Source of the DNA: an uncultured Acidobacteriota bacterium
GTDB lineage: Bacteria; Acidobacteriota; Terriglobia; Acidiferrales; UBA7541
Length of the DNA stretch: 64,000 bases
Assembly: GCA_963779005.1 (NCBI GenBank)
Contig: CAVZWO010000006.1
Coordinates: 362,125-426,124, forward strand
Direction: 5' to 3'
The notes beneath the pieces were generated by a model. The model saw nothing but the letters and a program-made list of their open reading frames with translations. It made no database searches and was not told where the DNA came from. This document shows, in pieces, positions 49,061-59,422 of the stretch. Position numbers and translations under genes: made by a program. Position 1 is the stretch's first letter, and each line of letters opens with the position of its first letter.

Positions 49061-50098
49061 ATGGGCAAAAACAAGCAACTGGTAGGGCTGGACATCGGCT
49101 CTAGCTCGATCAAAGCGGTCGAGCTGAAGTCAACGAAGGCCGGCTATGAGCTGGTGAGCTTTGGCATGGAATCGCTGGCGCAGGACACGGTGGTGGATGG
49201 CGCGATCATGGACGCGCCCCAAGTGGCCAACGCGATCAGCAAGATTTTCGACGCGCAACGGATAAAGACAAAGAATGTGGCAACTTCGGTTTCGGGACAC
49301 TCGGTGATCGTGAAGCGAGTGCCGCTGCCTCTGATGACAGAAGAAGAGTTGTATGACCGCATTCCTTCGGAGGCCAGCCAGCACATTCCCTTCGACATCG
49401 CGGACGTGAACCTCAGCTACCAATTGCTGGAATCGATGGACGCGCAGATGGACGTCCTCTTGGTTGCCGTGAAGAAAGACAAAATTCTCAATCACACCAA
49501 CGTGCTTGCGCAGGCAGGCAAGACGCCAGTGGTCGTGGACATTGACGCTTTCGGCTTGCAGAACTGCTTCGAAGTGAACTATGAACCAGATGCCGGGCAG
49601 ACGGTGGCGCTGCTCAACATTGGCGCCAGCGTCATGAACATTAATATCGTCAGGGGCGGCGTGCCGCTGTTTACGCGCGACGTCAGCGTCGGCGGCAACC
49701 AGTATACGGACGCCCTTCAGAAGGAATTGGATCTAAGCTTTGAGGATGCGGAGCGCCTGAAAAAAGGCGACACCCTCCCCAGCGTGACCGACGAGCAAAA
49801 GCAACAGATTCTGCGCAGCGTCTCGGACATTCTAACGCTGGAAATTCAAAAGACCTTTGACTTCTTCCGCGCCACGGCGAGCGGCGAGAACATCCAGCGT
49901 ATCGTCGTAGCGGGCGGAACGGCGCGCGTTCCCGGACTTGTGGATTTGCTCCGCGAAGAATTTGCGATGCCCGTCGAGGAACTCAATCCATTCCGCAAGG
50001 TGCTCGTCAATCCCAGCCGGCACAGCGATGACCAGATTCGCGAGATGTCGCCGCGGCTGGCCATTGCCGTGGGTCTGGCACTGAGGAGCTTTGACTAA
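49061..50098 (+). CDS. pilM: Type IV pilus assembly ATPase-like protein PilM
   Basis: VGLDIGSSSIKAVEL, VIVKRVPLP, LLNIGAS, VAGGTA, AIAVGLALR. Confidence 0.95.
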   Translation: MGKNKQLVGLDIGSSSIKAVELKSTKAGYELVSFGMESLAQDTVVDGAIMDAPQVANAISKIFDAQRIKTKNVATSVSGHSVIVKRVPLPLMTEEELYDRIPSEASQHIPFDIADVNLSYQLLESMDAQMDVLLVAVKKDKILNHTNVLAQAGKTPVVVDIDAFGLQNCFEVNYEPDAGQTVALLNIGASVMNINIVRGGVPLFTRDVSVGGNQYTDALQKELDLSFEDAERLKKGDTLPSVTDEQKQQILRSVSDILTLEIQKTFDFFRATASGENIQRIVVAGGTARVPGLVDLLREEFAMPVEELNPFRKVLVNPSRHSDDQIREMSPRLAIAVGLALRSFD

Positions 50099-50100
50099 CC

Positions 50101-50754
50101 ATGATTCGCATAAACCTTCTCGGACAAATTAGGCCCAAAGCGTCGCGGCGGCCCGTTGACACCGGTGCGGCGCTGCCGATCCTCTTTATTGGCGCGGGCT
50201 TTGTACTCGGCATCCTGGTCCTTGGCTTCCTCTACTATTCGTGGCAACAGCAGCTCAATACGGAAAACAACAAGATCAAGACGCTGCAGGCGCAGAAGAC
50301 CGATCTCGAGAACATCAAGCAGCAAGTCGAGGCATTCGATAAACAAAAACAGGTTCTCCAGCAACGGGTCTCGACGATCGAGCAGTTGCAGCGGGATCGC
50401 ACGGGCGGGCAGGATTTGCTCGACATGGTGGCGAATACGGTTTCCCGCACGGAGAATCTGTGGCTGACGACAATGACGCGAAAGGGAACCACCCTTTCGA
50501 TTGAGGGCTCTTCGGCTTCCGTGAATGCGGTGGCCAATTTCATCACCGCACTGAAGCGCTCGGGTTATTTCCAGAAGGTGGAAATCAAGGAAACCAAGCA
50601 GGACGACAAGAATACGTCGGTGCAGACGTATAACTTTCAGTTAACCGCGGAAATCACTCCGCCGCAACCGGTGGCAGCACCTCCGGCGCAGCCAAAGCCG
50701 GCCAACACGCCGGCGAAAGCCGCGCCAGCCGCGACTCCGGCCAAGAAAGGATAA
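50101..50754 (+). CDS. pilN: Type IV pilus assembly protein PilN
   Basis: MIRINLL, one TM, coiled coil, LWLT..LSIEG; operon position. Confidence 0.9.
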   Translation: MIRINLLGQIRPKASRRPVDTGAALPILFIGAGFVLGILVLGFLYYSWQQQLNTENNKIKTLQAQKTDLENIKQQVEAFDKQKQVLQQRVSTIEQLQRDRTGGQDLLDMVANTVSRTENLWLTTMTRKGTTLSIEGSSASVNAVANFITALKRSGYFQKVEIKETKQDDKNTSVQTYNFQLTAEITPPQPVAAPPAQPKPANTPAKAAPAATPAKKG

Positions 50755-50763
50755 CGGACGACC

Positions 50764-51414
50764 ATGGCCAATCCGTTTCGAGACATGTCGGTGTTCATGC
50801 AAGGCCTGGTGGCCGTAGCCATCGCGGTCGTCGTGCTTCTCCTCGGCGTTTACATTCCGCTCTCACCCGTAGCGCAGGAACGGGATTCCGTGGACAAAGC
50901 CGTGCAACAGCGCTCGACTTTGAGTACCGAAGTGCAGCAATTGCAGGTTTACAGGCAGCGGTATGGCGAACTGAAGCAGCAGATGGACGCGCTGTCGAAG
51001 CAACTCGATACGCTCAAGACCATTGTTCCCGAGGAAAAAGAGACGGATGAATTCATCCGCTTGATCCAGGGAGCGGCGGGCGCGTCAAACGTTTCGATTC
51101 GCCGGTTGACGGCGCTGGCCATCGTGCCGCGAGATTTTCATTATGAAATGCCGTTCGAGGTGCAGGCGGACGGGCCGTATTTCAATCTGATGGATTTCTT
51201 TGGGCGGTTGGGCCGGCTTTCGCGAATCATCAACGTAGGCGATCTGGATTTCGCGGATCCGGATAAGTCCAAGGGCACCAAGTACCCTATACGTCCGGGA
51301 ACAACAGTCTCGGCGATTTTTACGGCAACTACTTTCTTTACCAAGCCAGCTGACGTGGCAGCGGCTCCGGGAGCACCGGGGGCGAAGTCCGCAGTCAAGC
51401 CGGTGGGGAAATAA
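50764..51414 (+). CDS. pilO: Type IV pilus assembly protein PilO
   Basis: TM + coiled coil, VPEEKE.DEF, FHYEMP..V...G.YFNL..FF..LGRLSRIINV. Confidence 0.9.
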   Translation: MANPFRDMSVFMQGLVAVAIAVVVLLLGVYIPLSPVAQERDSVDKAVQQRSTLSTEVQQLQVYRQRYGELKQQMDALSKQLDTLKTIVPEEKETDEFIRLIQGAAGASNVSIRRLTALAIVPRDFHYEMPFEVQADGPYFNLMDFFGRLGRLSRIINVGDLDFADPDKSKGTKYPIRPGTTVSAIFTATTFFTKPADVAAAPGAPGAKSAVKPVGK

Positions 51415-51438
51415 CCCTTGAGCGGGAATGAGCGATCT

Positions 51439-51978
51439 ATGCGTTCAGCACTAACTCTCGTACTAGGGATTTTGCTCGCGGCAGCCGCACCTGGGCTGCG
51501 TGCGCAAGCGAATCCGGCGGCGCCGGCGGCGAAAAAGCCAGCGGCAAAACCCGCAAGGAATAGAGCGGCGAGGGCTCCCAAGCCCGCCAAGCCTGTCGAG
51601 ACCGCGGTCAATCCAGACGCGCCGAGGGAAGGCGAAGAAAAGGGCGCGCGTCGCGATCCGTTCGAGTCTCTGGTGGCACGCCAGCAGGCGCAAAGAAGCA
51701 TCTCCGAGAAGTTGCCCCCGGGTAAGGCCGGCCTTCAAGTCAGCACTCTGCGTCTGGATGGCATTGTGAAAGCCCCGAACGGGATGATTGCCGTCGTGAC
51801 CAACCCCCAGGCGCGTACCTATTTCCTCCGGGAAGGCGACCAGTTGTACGACGGACGCGTGGAAAAGATTGCGATGGATGGCGTTTCGTTCCATGAAATC
51901 GGGAAAGATGCATTTGGCAAACCCGTGGAACGCCAAGTAAACAAGAGAATTTACTCCAGTGCAGGAGAACAGCAATGA
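51439..51978 (+). CDS. pilP: PilP-like pilus assembly protein
   Basis: RRDPFESL, LRLDGIV, YFLREGDQLYDGRVEKI; between pilO and pilQ. Confidence 0.75.
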   Translation: MRSALTLVLGILLAAAAPGLRAQANPAAPAAKKPAAKPARNRAARAPKPAKPVETAVNPDAPREGEEKGARRDPFESLVARQQAQRSISEKLPPGKAGLQVSTLRLDGIVKAPNGMIAVVTNPQARTYFLREGDQLYDGRVEKIAMDGVSFHEIGKDAFGKPVERQVNKRIYSSAGEQQ

Positions 51979-54020
51979 AGACGAATTGGCCCGCCTTTCG
52001 GTGCGGCTTCCTGATCCTTGCGAGCGCAGCGCTGGGCGCAAGCCCGATGCTCGCTCAGACGCAGGAGCCCGCCGGCGCGACCGCGACCTCCGCGGTGATC
52101 TCAAGCGTGGCGATAACGCAAGCGCCGCAACGCGCCAGTGTGCGTGTGGAAGGCGAAGGGCGTCTCGATGCCCGTGTCTCGCGCATGCAGAATCCAGAGC
52201 GATTGGTGCTCGATTTCTCGGGCGCACGCCTGGCGGTGGATAAGACTCTTATCCCCGGCGTCTCGGAGCCTGTTCGCGACGTTCGCCTCGGACAGTATCG
52301 TCCGAACGTTGCCCGCGTTGTCGTGGACCTGAGCGGCGTGACTCCTTACCAGATTTCCCATGACGGATCGGCTCTGGTCATCCTGTTTGACGCACAGCCG
52401 GAAGCGCCCAGCGCAACTCCATCGAATCCCCCGACGGTGACTTCGGAGCAGTCCACGAAGACGCGTGCGGGATTCGAGTACAGCGCCGCGGCTCCCCGTG
52501 CAGCTTCGCGGCCTTCCAACTCTTTGCAGATTCCTCCTCCTCGTTTCGCACTGCCCGGCGAACTGACCCAGCCCTCATTCACCCTGGCTTCTTTCAGCGG
52601 GAAGAATGAGCCAGCGCGTCCGGCAACAGCGCAAGACGCGGCGCAGCAAGCGGCGCAAGCGTCGAATGCGGCGGCCAACAAGCTAGCGGCCACCACCGCG
52701 CAAACGCAGGCGCCTTCGGGTCCTGTGGCGCCTGGAAAGTACACAGGCGAGCCAATCTCAGTGAACCTGAAAGACGTCGATCTGCGCGACTTCTTCCGCC
52801 TGATTCACGAAATCAGCGGCCTGAACGTCGTGCTGGACCCGGCGGTAAAGGGGACGCTGACGATCGTTCTCGATGAAGTGCCCTGGGATCAGGCGCTGGA
52901 CATCGTTCTCCAGAACAACGGCCTGGACAAGCAACTGAACGGAAACGTCCTGCGCATCGCCACTCGCAATACGCTCAAGACCGAAGCGGAAACACAGCGC
53001 GACCTGGAAAAGGCCCAGGCGGAAGCCATCGCACCGACTACCACCACCCGCGTGCTCAGTTACGCGAAGGCCTCCACGCTGGCAGCGACGTTGAAGAAGT
53101 TTCTCAGTCCCCGCGGCGACATCATCGCCGATGACCGATCCAATCAGCTCATCATCCGCGATATCCCGGTGGTCTTCCCGGTCATCGACAACCTGATCCG
53201 CCAGTTGGACCGCAAATCTCAGCAGGTAGAGATCGAGGCTCGCGTCATCTCCGCGACCCGCTCCTTCGCCCGTGACATCGGCACCGAACTGGGTTTCTCG
53301 GGTGCAAGCACCACCCTGCACAACCAGAACGAATGGTACGGCTCGCCGCAAGTCGGTGTCAGCCCCGGTCCGATCAACTCGACTCCCGTTCCTCCTCTCG
53401 TCACAACACCGACGAATACCTCGACCGGCGGTCCACAGAGCGGTATCCCACTCGCCACGAGCCTTAGCGCGGGCGTTCCGACGTCTGGCGTAGGCTACTC
53501 CTTCAGGTCGGCTAACTTCGCCCTGGACTTCTTTATCTCGGCCGCGGAATCGAAGGGCGTGGGCAAATTGCTCTCGAAGCCGCGCATCGTGACGCAGAAC
53601 AATGAGAAGGCCGTCATCAAGCAGGGCGTCAAGTTGCCCATTCAGACGACCATCAACAACACCATTTCGGTGCAGTTCATCGACGCCGTGCTGCAACTCG
53701 AAGTTACTCCGCAGATTACGGCCGAAGGCACCATCTTCATGGACGTGCTCGTGGAGAATACGCAGATCGATCAAGGTATTCCCCGCGTGCAAGGCATCCC
53801 GGCGTTGGACACGCAGTCCGCGCAGACCAAAGTGCTGGTTCCGGACGGCGGAACGGTCGTGATTGGCGGCATCATCGTCTCGACCCAGAACACCTCCATC
53901 CAGGAGGTTCCCATTGTCGGCAGCTTGCCGCTGATCGGAAACCTCTTCAAGCGCACGAACGTATCCATCACATCTCAGGAATTGCTGTTCTTCCTGACGC
54001 CACGAATCATACCCGGGTAA
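51975..54020 (+). CDS. pilQ: Type IV pilus secretin PilQ (AMIN + secretin)
   Basis: NPERLVLDF AMIN domain, YTGEPISVNLKDVDLRDFF, VPWDQALD, QVEIEARV, LEVTPQI, GNLFK, ELLFFLTPRI. Confidence 0.95.
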   Translation: MKTNWPAFRCGFLILASAALGASPMLAQTQEPAGATATSAVISSVAITQAPQRASVRVEGEGRLDARVSRMQNPERLVLDFSGARLAVDKTLIPGVSEPVRDVRLGQYRPNVARVVVDLSGVTPYQISHDGSALVILFDAQPEAPSATPSNPPTVTSEQSTKTRAGFEYSAAAPRAASRPSNSLQIPPPRFALPGELTQPSFTLASFSGKNEPARPATAQDAAQQAAQASNAAANKLAATTAQTQAPSGPVAPGKYTGEPISVNLKDVDLRDFFRLIHEISGLNVVLDPAVKGTLTIVLDEVPWDQALDIVLQNNGLDKQLNGNVLRIATRNTLKTEAETQRDLEKAQAEAIAPTTTTRVLSYAKASTLAATLKKFLSPRGDIIADDRSNQLIIRDIPVVFPVIDNLIRQLDRKSQQVEIEARVISATRSFARDIGTELGFSGASTTLHNQNEWYGSPQVGVSPGPINSTPVPPLVTTPTNTSTGGPQSGIPLATSLSAGVPTSGVGYSFRSANFALDFFISAAESKGVGKLLSKPRIVTQNNEKAVIKQGVKLPIQTTINNTISVQFIDAVLQLEVTPQITAEGTIFMDVLVENTQIDQGIPRVQGIPALDTQSAQTKVLVPDGGTVVIGGIIVSTQNTSIQEVPIVGSLPLIGNLFKRTNVSITSQELLFFLTPRIIPG

Positions 54021-54054
54021 TCCGGAAGCAAAGGCATCACAGAAAAAGCGGATT

Positions 54055-54084
54055 CGAGGAGACTTCGGTCTCCTCGTTTCATTT
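54055..54084 (+). terminator. Intrinsic terminator after pilQ
   Basis: CGAGGAGAC-TTCG-GTCTCCTCG-TTTCATTT (9-bp stem, UUCG loop). Confidence 0.8.
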
Positions 54085-55167
54085 ATGAACTCACCCCTGA
54101 AGATTCGTCGAAAAGCACTCAGCCACCTCATCGCGAGCGCCAAGCTCGACGCATTGGTGGTCACGCACCCCGCCAACTGGTATTACCTGACCGGATTCAC
54201 CGGTGAAGCGGGAGTGCTCATCCTGAACCAGGGAGGAGCGGCCCTGATCACAGACGGGCGGTTCACGACGCAAGTCCGCGAGGAGACCGCTTCCGTACGA
54301 TTGATCGAGCAGAAGGGTTCGTTGCTTGAATCCACAGGGCGATTCCTGCGGGAGAAACGCCTCCGGAGAGTGGGATTTGAGCCGACACAAACATCGGTGG
54401 CGCAACTTAGCCTGCTGCGGAAGGCAGCTGGCTCGGGCACAAAATGGGTTCCGGCACCCGGAATGGTAGGAAGTCTTCGAGCTCGCAAAGAGCCCTCTGA
54501 ACTCGCGCGTATGCGTCAGGCGGCCATTCTGGCAGGAGATGTACTGACTTCCGCGATTCCGCTGCTCAAACCCGGCGTGATGGAAAATGAAGTCGCCGCC
54601 GAGATCGAATACCAGATGAGGAAGCGCGGGGCGTCAGGACCAGCGTTTGAAACCATCGTGGCTTTCGGGGAACGCTCGGCCTTGCCGCATGCGCGGCCCA
54701 CCGCCAAGCGATTGAAGAAAAATGAGTTGGTGGTACTAGACCTGGGTGCTATACTCGCGCACTATTGCAGCGACATCACGCGCACCGTCTACGTTGGCAG
54801 AGCTCCGGCACGTGTGAAACAATGGTATCGGGCGGTCTTGGAAGCCCAAATCGCGGCGATTGCGGCCGTGAGAGCCGGGGCCAGTTGCGGGGATGTCGAT
54901 GCCGCGGCGCGGCAGGTTCTGGCCGGTTATAAACTAGACCGGCTTTTCACCCATAGCACGGGGCACGGACTGGGCCTGGAAGTTCACGAGGATCCGCGGG
55001 TGGCACGCGGGCAAACGGCACGGTTGGAACCGGGATTCGTGGTGACGATTGAACCGGGGGTGTACATGGCGGGCGTCGGGGGAATTCGCATAGAAGACGA
55101 TGTCGCCGTACATCCGGGCAGAACGGAAGTACTGACCCGCATACCGCGGGATCTCATCGAGCTTTGA
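54085..55167 (+). CDS. pepP: Xaa-Pro aminopeptidase (M24B)
   Basis: YLTGFTG, TDGRF, SALPH, DLGA...YCSDITRT, HSTGHGLGLEVHE, TIEPGVY, GIRIEDD. Confidence 0.92.
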   Translation: MNSPLKIRRKALSHLIASAKLDALVVTHPANWYYLTGFTGEAGVLILNQGGAALITDGRFTTQVREETASVRLIEQKGSLLESTGRFLREKRLRRVGFEPTQTSVAQLSLLRKAAGSGTKWVPAPGMVGSLRARKEPSELARMRQAAILAGDVLTSAIPLLKPGVMENEVAAEIEYQMRKRGASGPAFETIVAFGERSALPHARPTAKRLKKNELVVLDLGAILAHYCSDITRTVYVGRAPARVKQWYRAVLEAQIAAIAAVRAGASCGDVDAAARQVLAGYKLDRLFTHSTGHGLGLEVHEDPRVARGQTARLEPGFVVTIEPGVYMAGVGGIRIEDDVAVHPGRTEVLTRIPRDLIEL

Positions 55168-55174
55168 CACAGGC

Positions 55175-55714
55175 ATGAAACGAAAACAGCCCTCAAAACC
55201 AGCGGAAAGTTCCTCTATCGCGAGTCCGGAAGTCCAGCAAATCGAGCAACTCCTCCGTTTTATGAGTGAGCACCACCTCGAGGAGTTCGAGTATTCGCGG
55301 GGTGACCTGAAGATTAGGCTGAAAAAGCCGTCGGCGGGAGTGCCGGTTTATGCGCGCTCCCTGGGCGTGCCTGAAATTATAGTCCCGGGGGCGGCGCCAG
55401 AGAGGCCCGCGGCAGGTTCCCAGAGCGTGCCGGGGGCGTCGGCGGAGCCACGAGCAACCGACGATCTCCACCTGGTGAAGTCGCCTATCGTGGGCACGTA
55501 TTACGAGGCTCCCAGCCCAGGCGCGGAAGCGTTTGTGAAGATTGGCGCGCATGTCGAATCCGGGCAAACACTTTGCATCGTGGAAGCCATGAAGCTGATG
55601 AACGAAATTGAATCGGACGAAAGCGGCGAACTGATACGCATTTTTGTCGAGAACGGGCAGCCCGTCGAATATGGCCAGCCGCTCTTCGGCATCCGACCCA
55701 GCCGGAAGAGGTAG
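55175..55714 (+). CDS. accB: Acetyl-CoA carboxylase biotin carboxyl carrier protein
   Basis: VKSPIVGTYY, IVEAMKLMNEI biotinylation motif, VEYGQPLF. Confidence 0.96.
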   Translation: MKRKQPSKPAESSSIASPEVQQIEQLLRFMSEHHLEEFEYSRGDLKIRLKKPSAGVPVYARSLGVPEIIVPGAAPERPAAGSQSVPGASAEPRATDDLHLVKSPIVGTYYEAPSPGAEAFVKIGAHVESGQTLCIVEAMKLMNEIESDESGELIRIFVENGQPVEYGQPLFGIRPSRKR

Positions 55715-55729
55715 CCGGCGCCCGAGGCC

Positions 55730-57079
55730 ATGTTCCAGAAAATCCTAGTAGCCAATCGCGGGGAAATCGCGCTGCGGGTCATCTGTGCCTGCAAAGAACT
55801 GGGCATTTCCACGGTAGCCGTGTACTCCGAAGCGGACCGGAATTCGCTGCACGTGCGGTTTGCGGACGAAGCGGTATGCATCGGGCCGGCGCGGAGCAGC
55901 GAGAGCTATCTGAACATTCCCCAAGTCATCAGCGCGGCGGAAATCACCAACGTCGATGCCATCCACCCGGGATATGGTTTCCTTTCCGAGAACGCCAATT
56001 TCGCCGAGGTGTGCGAAGCGTCTGAGATCACGTTTATTGGCCCCACGCCAGAAGTGATTGAGATGATGGGTGAGAAGGACCGGGCGCGGCGAGAAATGCA
56101 CGCGCTCGGCGTGCCCACCGTGCCGGGAAGCGAAGGAGTTGTGGAAGGGGAAGAGCAACTGGCGAAGGAAGCCAAGCGTATCGGCTTTCCCTTGATTATC
56201 AAGGCTTCCGCGGGCGGCGGGGGCCGCGGCATGCGCGTCGTCCACAAGCAGGAAGAGCTCCTGAACGCCTACGAAACGGCGCGCAGCGAGGCTCAACAAG
56301 CGTTCGGCACACCGGACGTCTACGTCGAGAAGTTTCTCGAGCATCCGCGCCATATCGAATTTCAAGTGCTCGGCGATCAGCACGGCAAAGTGATTCATCT
56401 TGGCGAACGCGAATGCAGCATCCAGCGCCGGCACCAGAAGCTGATTGAAGAATCGCCATCGCCGGTGATGGACGCGAAAAAGCGGAAGGAGCTCGGCGCG
56501 AAGGTCGTGCGGGCGCTCGAGAAAGTGGGCTACACCAACGCCGGGACCGTCGAGTTCCTCATGGATCAAGACGGCTCGATCTACTTTATCGAAATGAACG
56601 CGCGAATTCAGGTGGAACACCCGGTGACCGAGCTGGTGACTGGCGTGGACCTCATCAAAGCCCAGATTCGCATTGCGGCGGGCGAAGGCTTGGACGATGC
56701 CGTCGGCGAGATGAATTTTTCCGGCCACGCCATCGAGTGCCGCATCAATGCCGAAGATCCCGAGACCTTTGTTCCTTCGGCGGGACGCATTTCGACATTC
56801 CAGGCCCCCGGAGGAATAGGTGTTCGTGTCGATTCCGCAGCCTACGCGGATGCCGTAATACCGCCCTACTACGATTCCATGATTGCGAAATTGGTGGTAA
56901 AGGGGCGCGATCGCGCAGAAGCCATTGGCCGCATGAAACGCGCCCTGGAGATGTTCGTCATCGAAGGCATCAAGACTTCCATCCCGCTTCACCGGCGCAT
57001 CCTTGCCGATCCCGATTTCGCCGCCGGCCGGTTCGACACGCACTTCATCGAAAGATTGCTAGGCACAAGCGGAAAATAA
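55730..57079 (+). CDS. accC: Biotin carboxylase
   Basis: [69 protein letters not shown]. Confidence 0.97.
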   Translation: MFQKILVANRGEIALRVICACKELGISTVAVYSEADRNSLHVRFADEAVCIGPARSSESYLNIPQVISAAEITNVDAIHPGYGFLSENANFAEVCEASEITFIGPTPEVIEMMGEKDRARREMHALGVPTVPGSEGVVEGEEQLAKEAKRIGFPLIIKASAGGGGRGMRVVHKQEELLNAYETARSEAQQAFGTPDVYVEKFLEHPRHIEFQVLGDQHGKVIHLGERECSIQRRHQKLIEESPSPVMDAKKRKELGAKVVRALEKVGYTNAGTVEFLMDQDGSIYFIEMNARIQVEHPVTELVTGVDLIKAQIRIAAGEGLDDAVGEMNFSGHAIECRINAEDPETFVPSAGRISTFQAPGGIGVRVDSAAYADAVIPPYYDSMIAKLVVKGRDRAEAIGRMKRALEMFVIEGIKTSIPLHRRILADPDFAAGRFDTHFIERLLGTSGK

Positions 57080-57085
57080 GTGTCT

Positions 57086-57727
57086 ATGCGCCTTGTCCTC
57101 CCCAGGCTGTATGTGATACTAGACGCAGCGTTGATTACTTCTCCCGAACGAGATTGCGCCCTGAGCCTCGCCGAAGCAGGAGTCCGTCTGCTCCAGTACC
57201 GGAACAAGTCCGCACCGGCGCGGCAGTATCTAGATTCCTCTCGCAGACTAGCCGAAGTGCTTTGCCCGCGCGGCGTCTCATTTTTTGTGAACGACCGTCC
57301 CGATGTGGCGTTTCTGGCGGGCGCAAACGGCGTGCACGTCGGCCAGGACGATTTGGATGTGGAACAGGCGCGGCTGGTAATCGGCGGCGACAAGCTTGTA
57401 GGAGTCTCAACGCACAATTTGGAGCAGTTCGAGCGCGCAGCCGAGAGTTCAGCGGATTACATCGCGGTCGGCCCCGTTTTCAGCACATCATCGAAAGCCA
57501 ATCCGGACCCGGTCATCGGGGTGGAGTTCATTCGGGATGTGCGACGACTGACCGACAAACCAATCGTGGCGATTGGGGGAATCACGCTGGAGCGCGCCGC
57601 GTCGGTCATCGAAGCCGGCGCCGACTCCGTTGCCGTCATCAGCGGAATTCTGAGCGCGCCAGACCCCGCGCAGCGCGCCCGCCAATACATCGAGACACTC
57701 GAAACCGCGAAGCAGGCGGCGTTCTGA
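57086..57727 (+). CDS. thiE: Thiamine-phosphate synthase
   Basis: LLQYRNK, VNDRPDVA, GVHVGQDD, GVSTHN, YIAVGPVF.TSSK, VAIGGI. Confidence 0.93.
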   Translation: MRLVLPRLYVILDAALITSPERDCALSLAEAGVRLLQYRNKSAPARQYLDSSRRLAEVLCPRGVSFFVNDRPDVAFLAGANGVHVGQDDLDVEQARLVIGGDKLVGVSTHNLEQFERAAESSADYIAVGPVFSTSSKANPDPVIGVEFIRDVRRLTDKPIVAIGGITLERAASVIEAGADSVAVISGILSAPDPAQRARQYIETLETAKQAAF

Positions 57728-57739
57728 GGCGCCCGGCGA

Positions 57740-59305
57740 ATGGCTGACACGACCCATCCACTTTCGCAAAGCCCCACAAAAAATGAGCCCGGATTTGTCC
57801 GCGCTATCGGTCTCTTCGACGGCACGATGATCGTCGTGGGCTCGATGATCGGCTCGGGCATTTTCATCGTGGCGGCGGACATCTCACGCCAAACGGGATC
57901 GCCGGGGGGCTTGCTGTTGACGTGGGTGCTGACCGGATTGCTGACGGTTTCCGCGGCGCTTTCCTACGGCGAGCTGGCAGCCATGTTTCCGCATGCCGGA
58001 GGTCAATACGTCTATCTGCGCGAAGCGTATTCGCCGCTCTGGGGGTTTCTCTACGGATGGACGCTGTTTCTCGTCATCCAGACGGGCACGATCGCCGCGG
58101 TTGCCGTGGGCTTTGCTCGCTACCTCGGCGTCCTGTTTCCCTCCATTTCGCCAAATACCTGGGTGGTTCCGCCCATCGCGCTTGGTTCCAGACTCGCGAT
58201 AAGCCTCTCGATCCAGCAACTTGTTGGGGTCTTGATGATCGTGCTGATTACGTTTCTCAATACGCAGGGCGTGCGACTTGGGAAGCTGATCCAGAACATT
58301 TTTACGAGCGCAAAAGCGCTGTCGCTCGTCGGATTGATTGTTCTGGGAATTTTTGTCGGGAAGAACGCTGGCGCCATGACGGAGAATTTCACGAAATTCT
58401 GGGCCATTCGCGGCGCGGTGCCGATCGAGCCGGGCGCGAATTTCCTGCGCGGTGTGATACCGACGGTCACGGCCGCCAGCGGCGTCTTGGGTTTGATCGT
58501 GGCTTACGGCGTGGCGCAGGTCGGCTCGCTTTTTTCGGCGGACGCCTGGAACAATATCGGGTTCACCGCCGCCGAAGTGAAAAATCCCAAGCGCGACGTC
58601 GCGCTTTCCATGGCGTTTGGCACGTGCATCGTCATCACCCTCTATTGCCTGGCAAACTTGGCCTATCTGTTTGTGTTACCGCTCGTGCAAATCCAGACAG
58701 CGCCCGACGATCGGGTAGCCACCGCCGCGCTAAGCGCCATTTTTGGCGCTCCGGGCGCGGCGATCATGGCGGTCGCCATCATTATCTCGACGTTCGGATG
58801 CAACAACGGACTGATTCTTGCCGGAGCGCGCGTTTCCTACGCCATGGCCCGGGACGGGCTCTTCTTCAAATCCACCGGCACGTTGAGCAAGAAAGGCGTC
58901 CCGAGAAGCGCGCTGATCTATCAAGGCATCTGGATCACCGTCCTGATTCTGCTACGGACGCGCCGCGTGGATGCCTCGGGCGTGGTCACCTACGGCAACC
59001 TCTATAGCGATCTTTTGAATTACGTCGTCTTTGCCGTGCTGCTCTTTTATGTGCTGACCATCCTTGGAATTTTTGTGCTGCGCCGCAAGCGGCCCGACGC
59101 CGAGCGTCCCTATCGCGCCTTCGGCTACCCGTTTGTTCCGCTGCTCTACATTGCCGCGGCGACGGCCATTATGATCGTCTTGTTGCTTTACCAAACGCAG
59201 ACAGCGGGCGGCGGGCTGATCATCGTGCTGCTGGGGCTCCCGGTGTATTGGTTGTGGTCGAGACGCTCCGGCGCAGCGAAAGAGCCCGTGCCTGCTGGCG
59301 ACTAA
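57740..59305 (+). CDS. APC-family amino acid permease
   Basis: VGSMIGSGIF, YGELAAMFPHAGGQYVYLRE, DAWNN, AEVKNP, RPYRAFGYP. Confidence 0.92.
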   Translation: MADTTHPLSQSPTKNEPGFVRAIGLFDGTMIVVGSMIGSGIFIVAADISRQTGSPGGLLLTWVLTGLLTVSAALSYGELAAMFPHAGGQYVYLREAYSPLWGFLYGWTLFLVIQTGTIAAVAVGFARYLGVLFPSISPNTWVVPPIALGSRLAISLSIQQLVGVLMIVLITFLNTQGVRLGKLIQNIFTSAKALSLVGLIVLGIFVGKNAGAMTENFTKFWAIRGAVPIEPGANFLRGVIPTVTAASGVLGLIVAYGVAQVGSLFSADAWNNIGFTAAEVKNPKRDVALSMAFGTCIVITLYCLANLAYLFVLPLVQIQTAPDDRVATAALSAIFGAPGAAIMAVAIIISTFGCNNGLILAGARVSYAMARDGLFFKSTGTLSKKGVPRSALIYQGIWITVLILLRTRRVDASGVVTYGNLYSDLLNYVVFAVLLFYVLTILGIFVLRRKRPDAERPYRAFGYPFVPLLYIAAATAIMIVLLLYQTQTAGGGLIIVLLGLPVYWLWSRRSGAAKEPVPAGD

Positions 59306-59319
59306 ATTTCGAAATTTTC

Positions 59320-59351
59320 TTGTAGGGGCGCAGCATGCTGCGCCCCTACAA
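59320..59351. repeat. 32-bp perfect GTAG palindrome between the two permeases
   Basis: TTGTAGGGGCGCAGCATGCTGCGCCCCTACAA. Confidence 0.9.
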
Positions 59352-59422
59352 TGTGCACGTCCAATTTGGCAGGAATAAGCGGTAGATGGAATCGGGCGCG
59401 CGGCGCCTAAAGGAGGAGTTGC

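Noticed and set aside
55168-55174. Absence of efp between pepP and accB
   Set aside because: Gene order varies here among bacteria and efp may lie elsewhere; not testable from this window.
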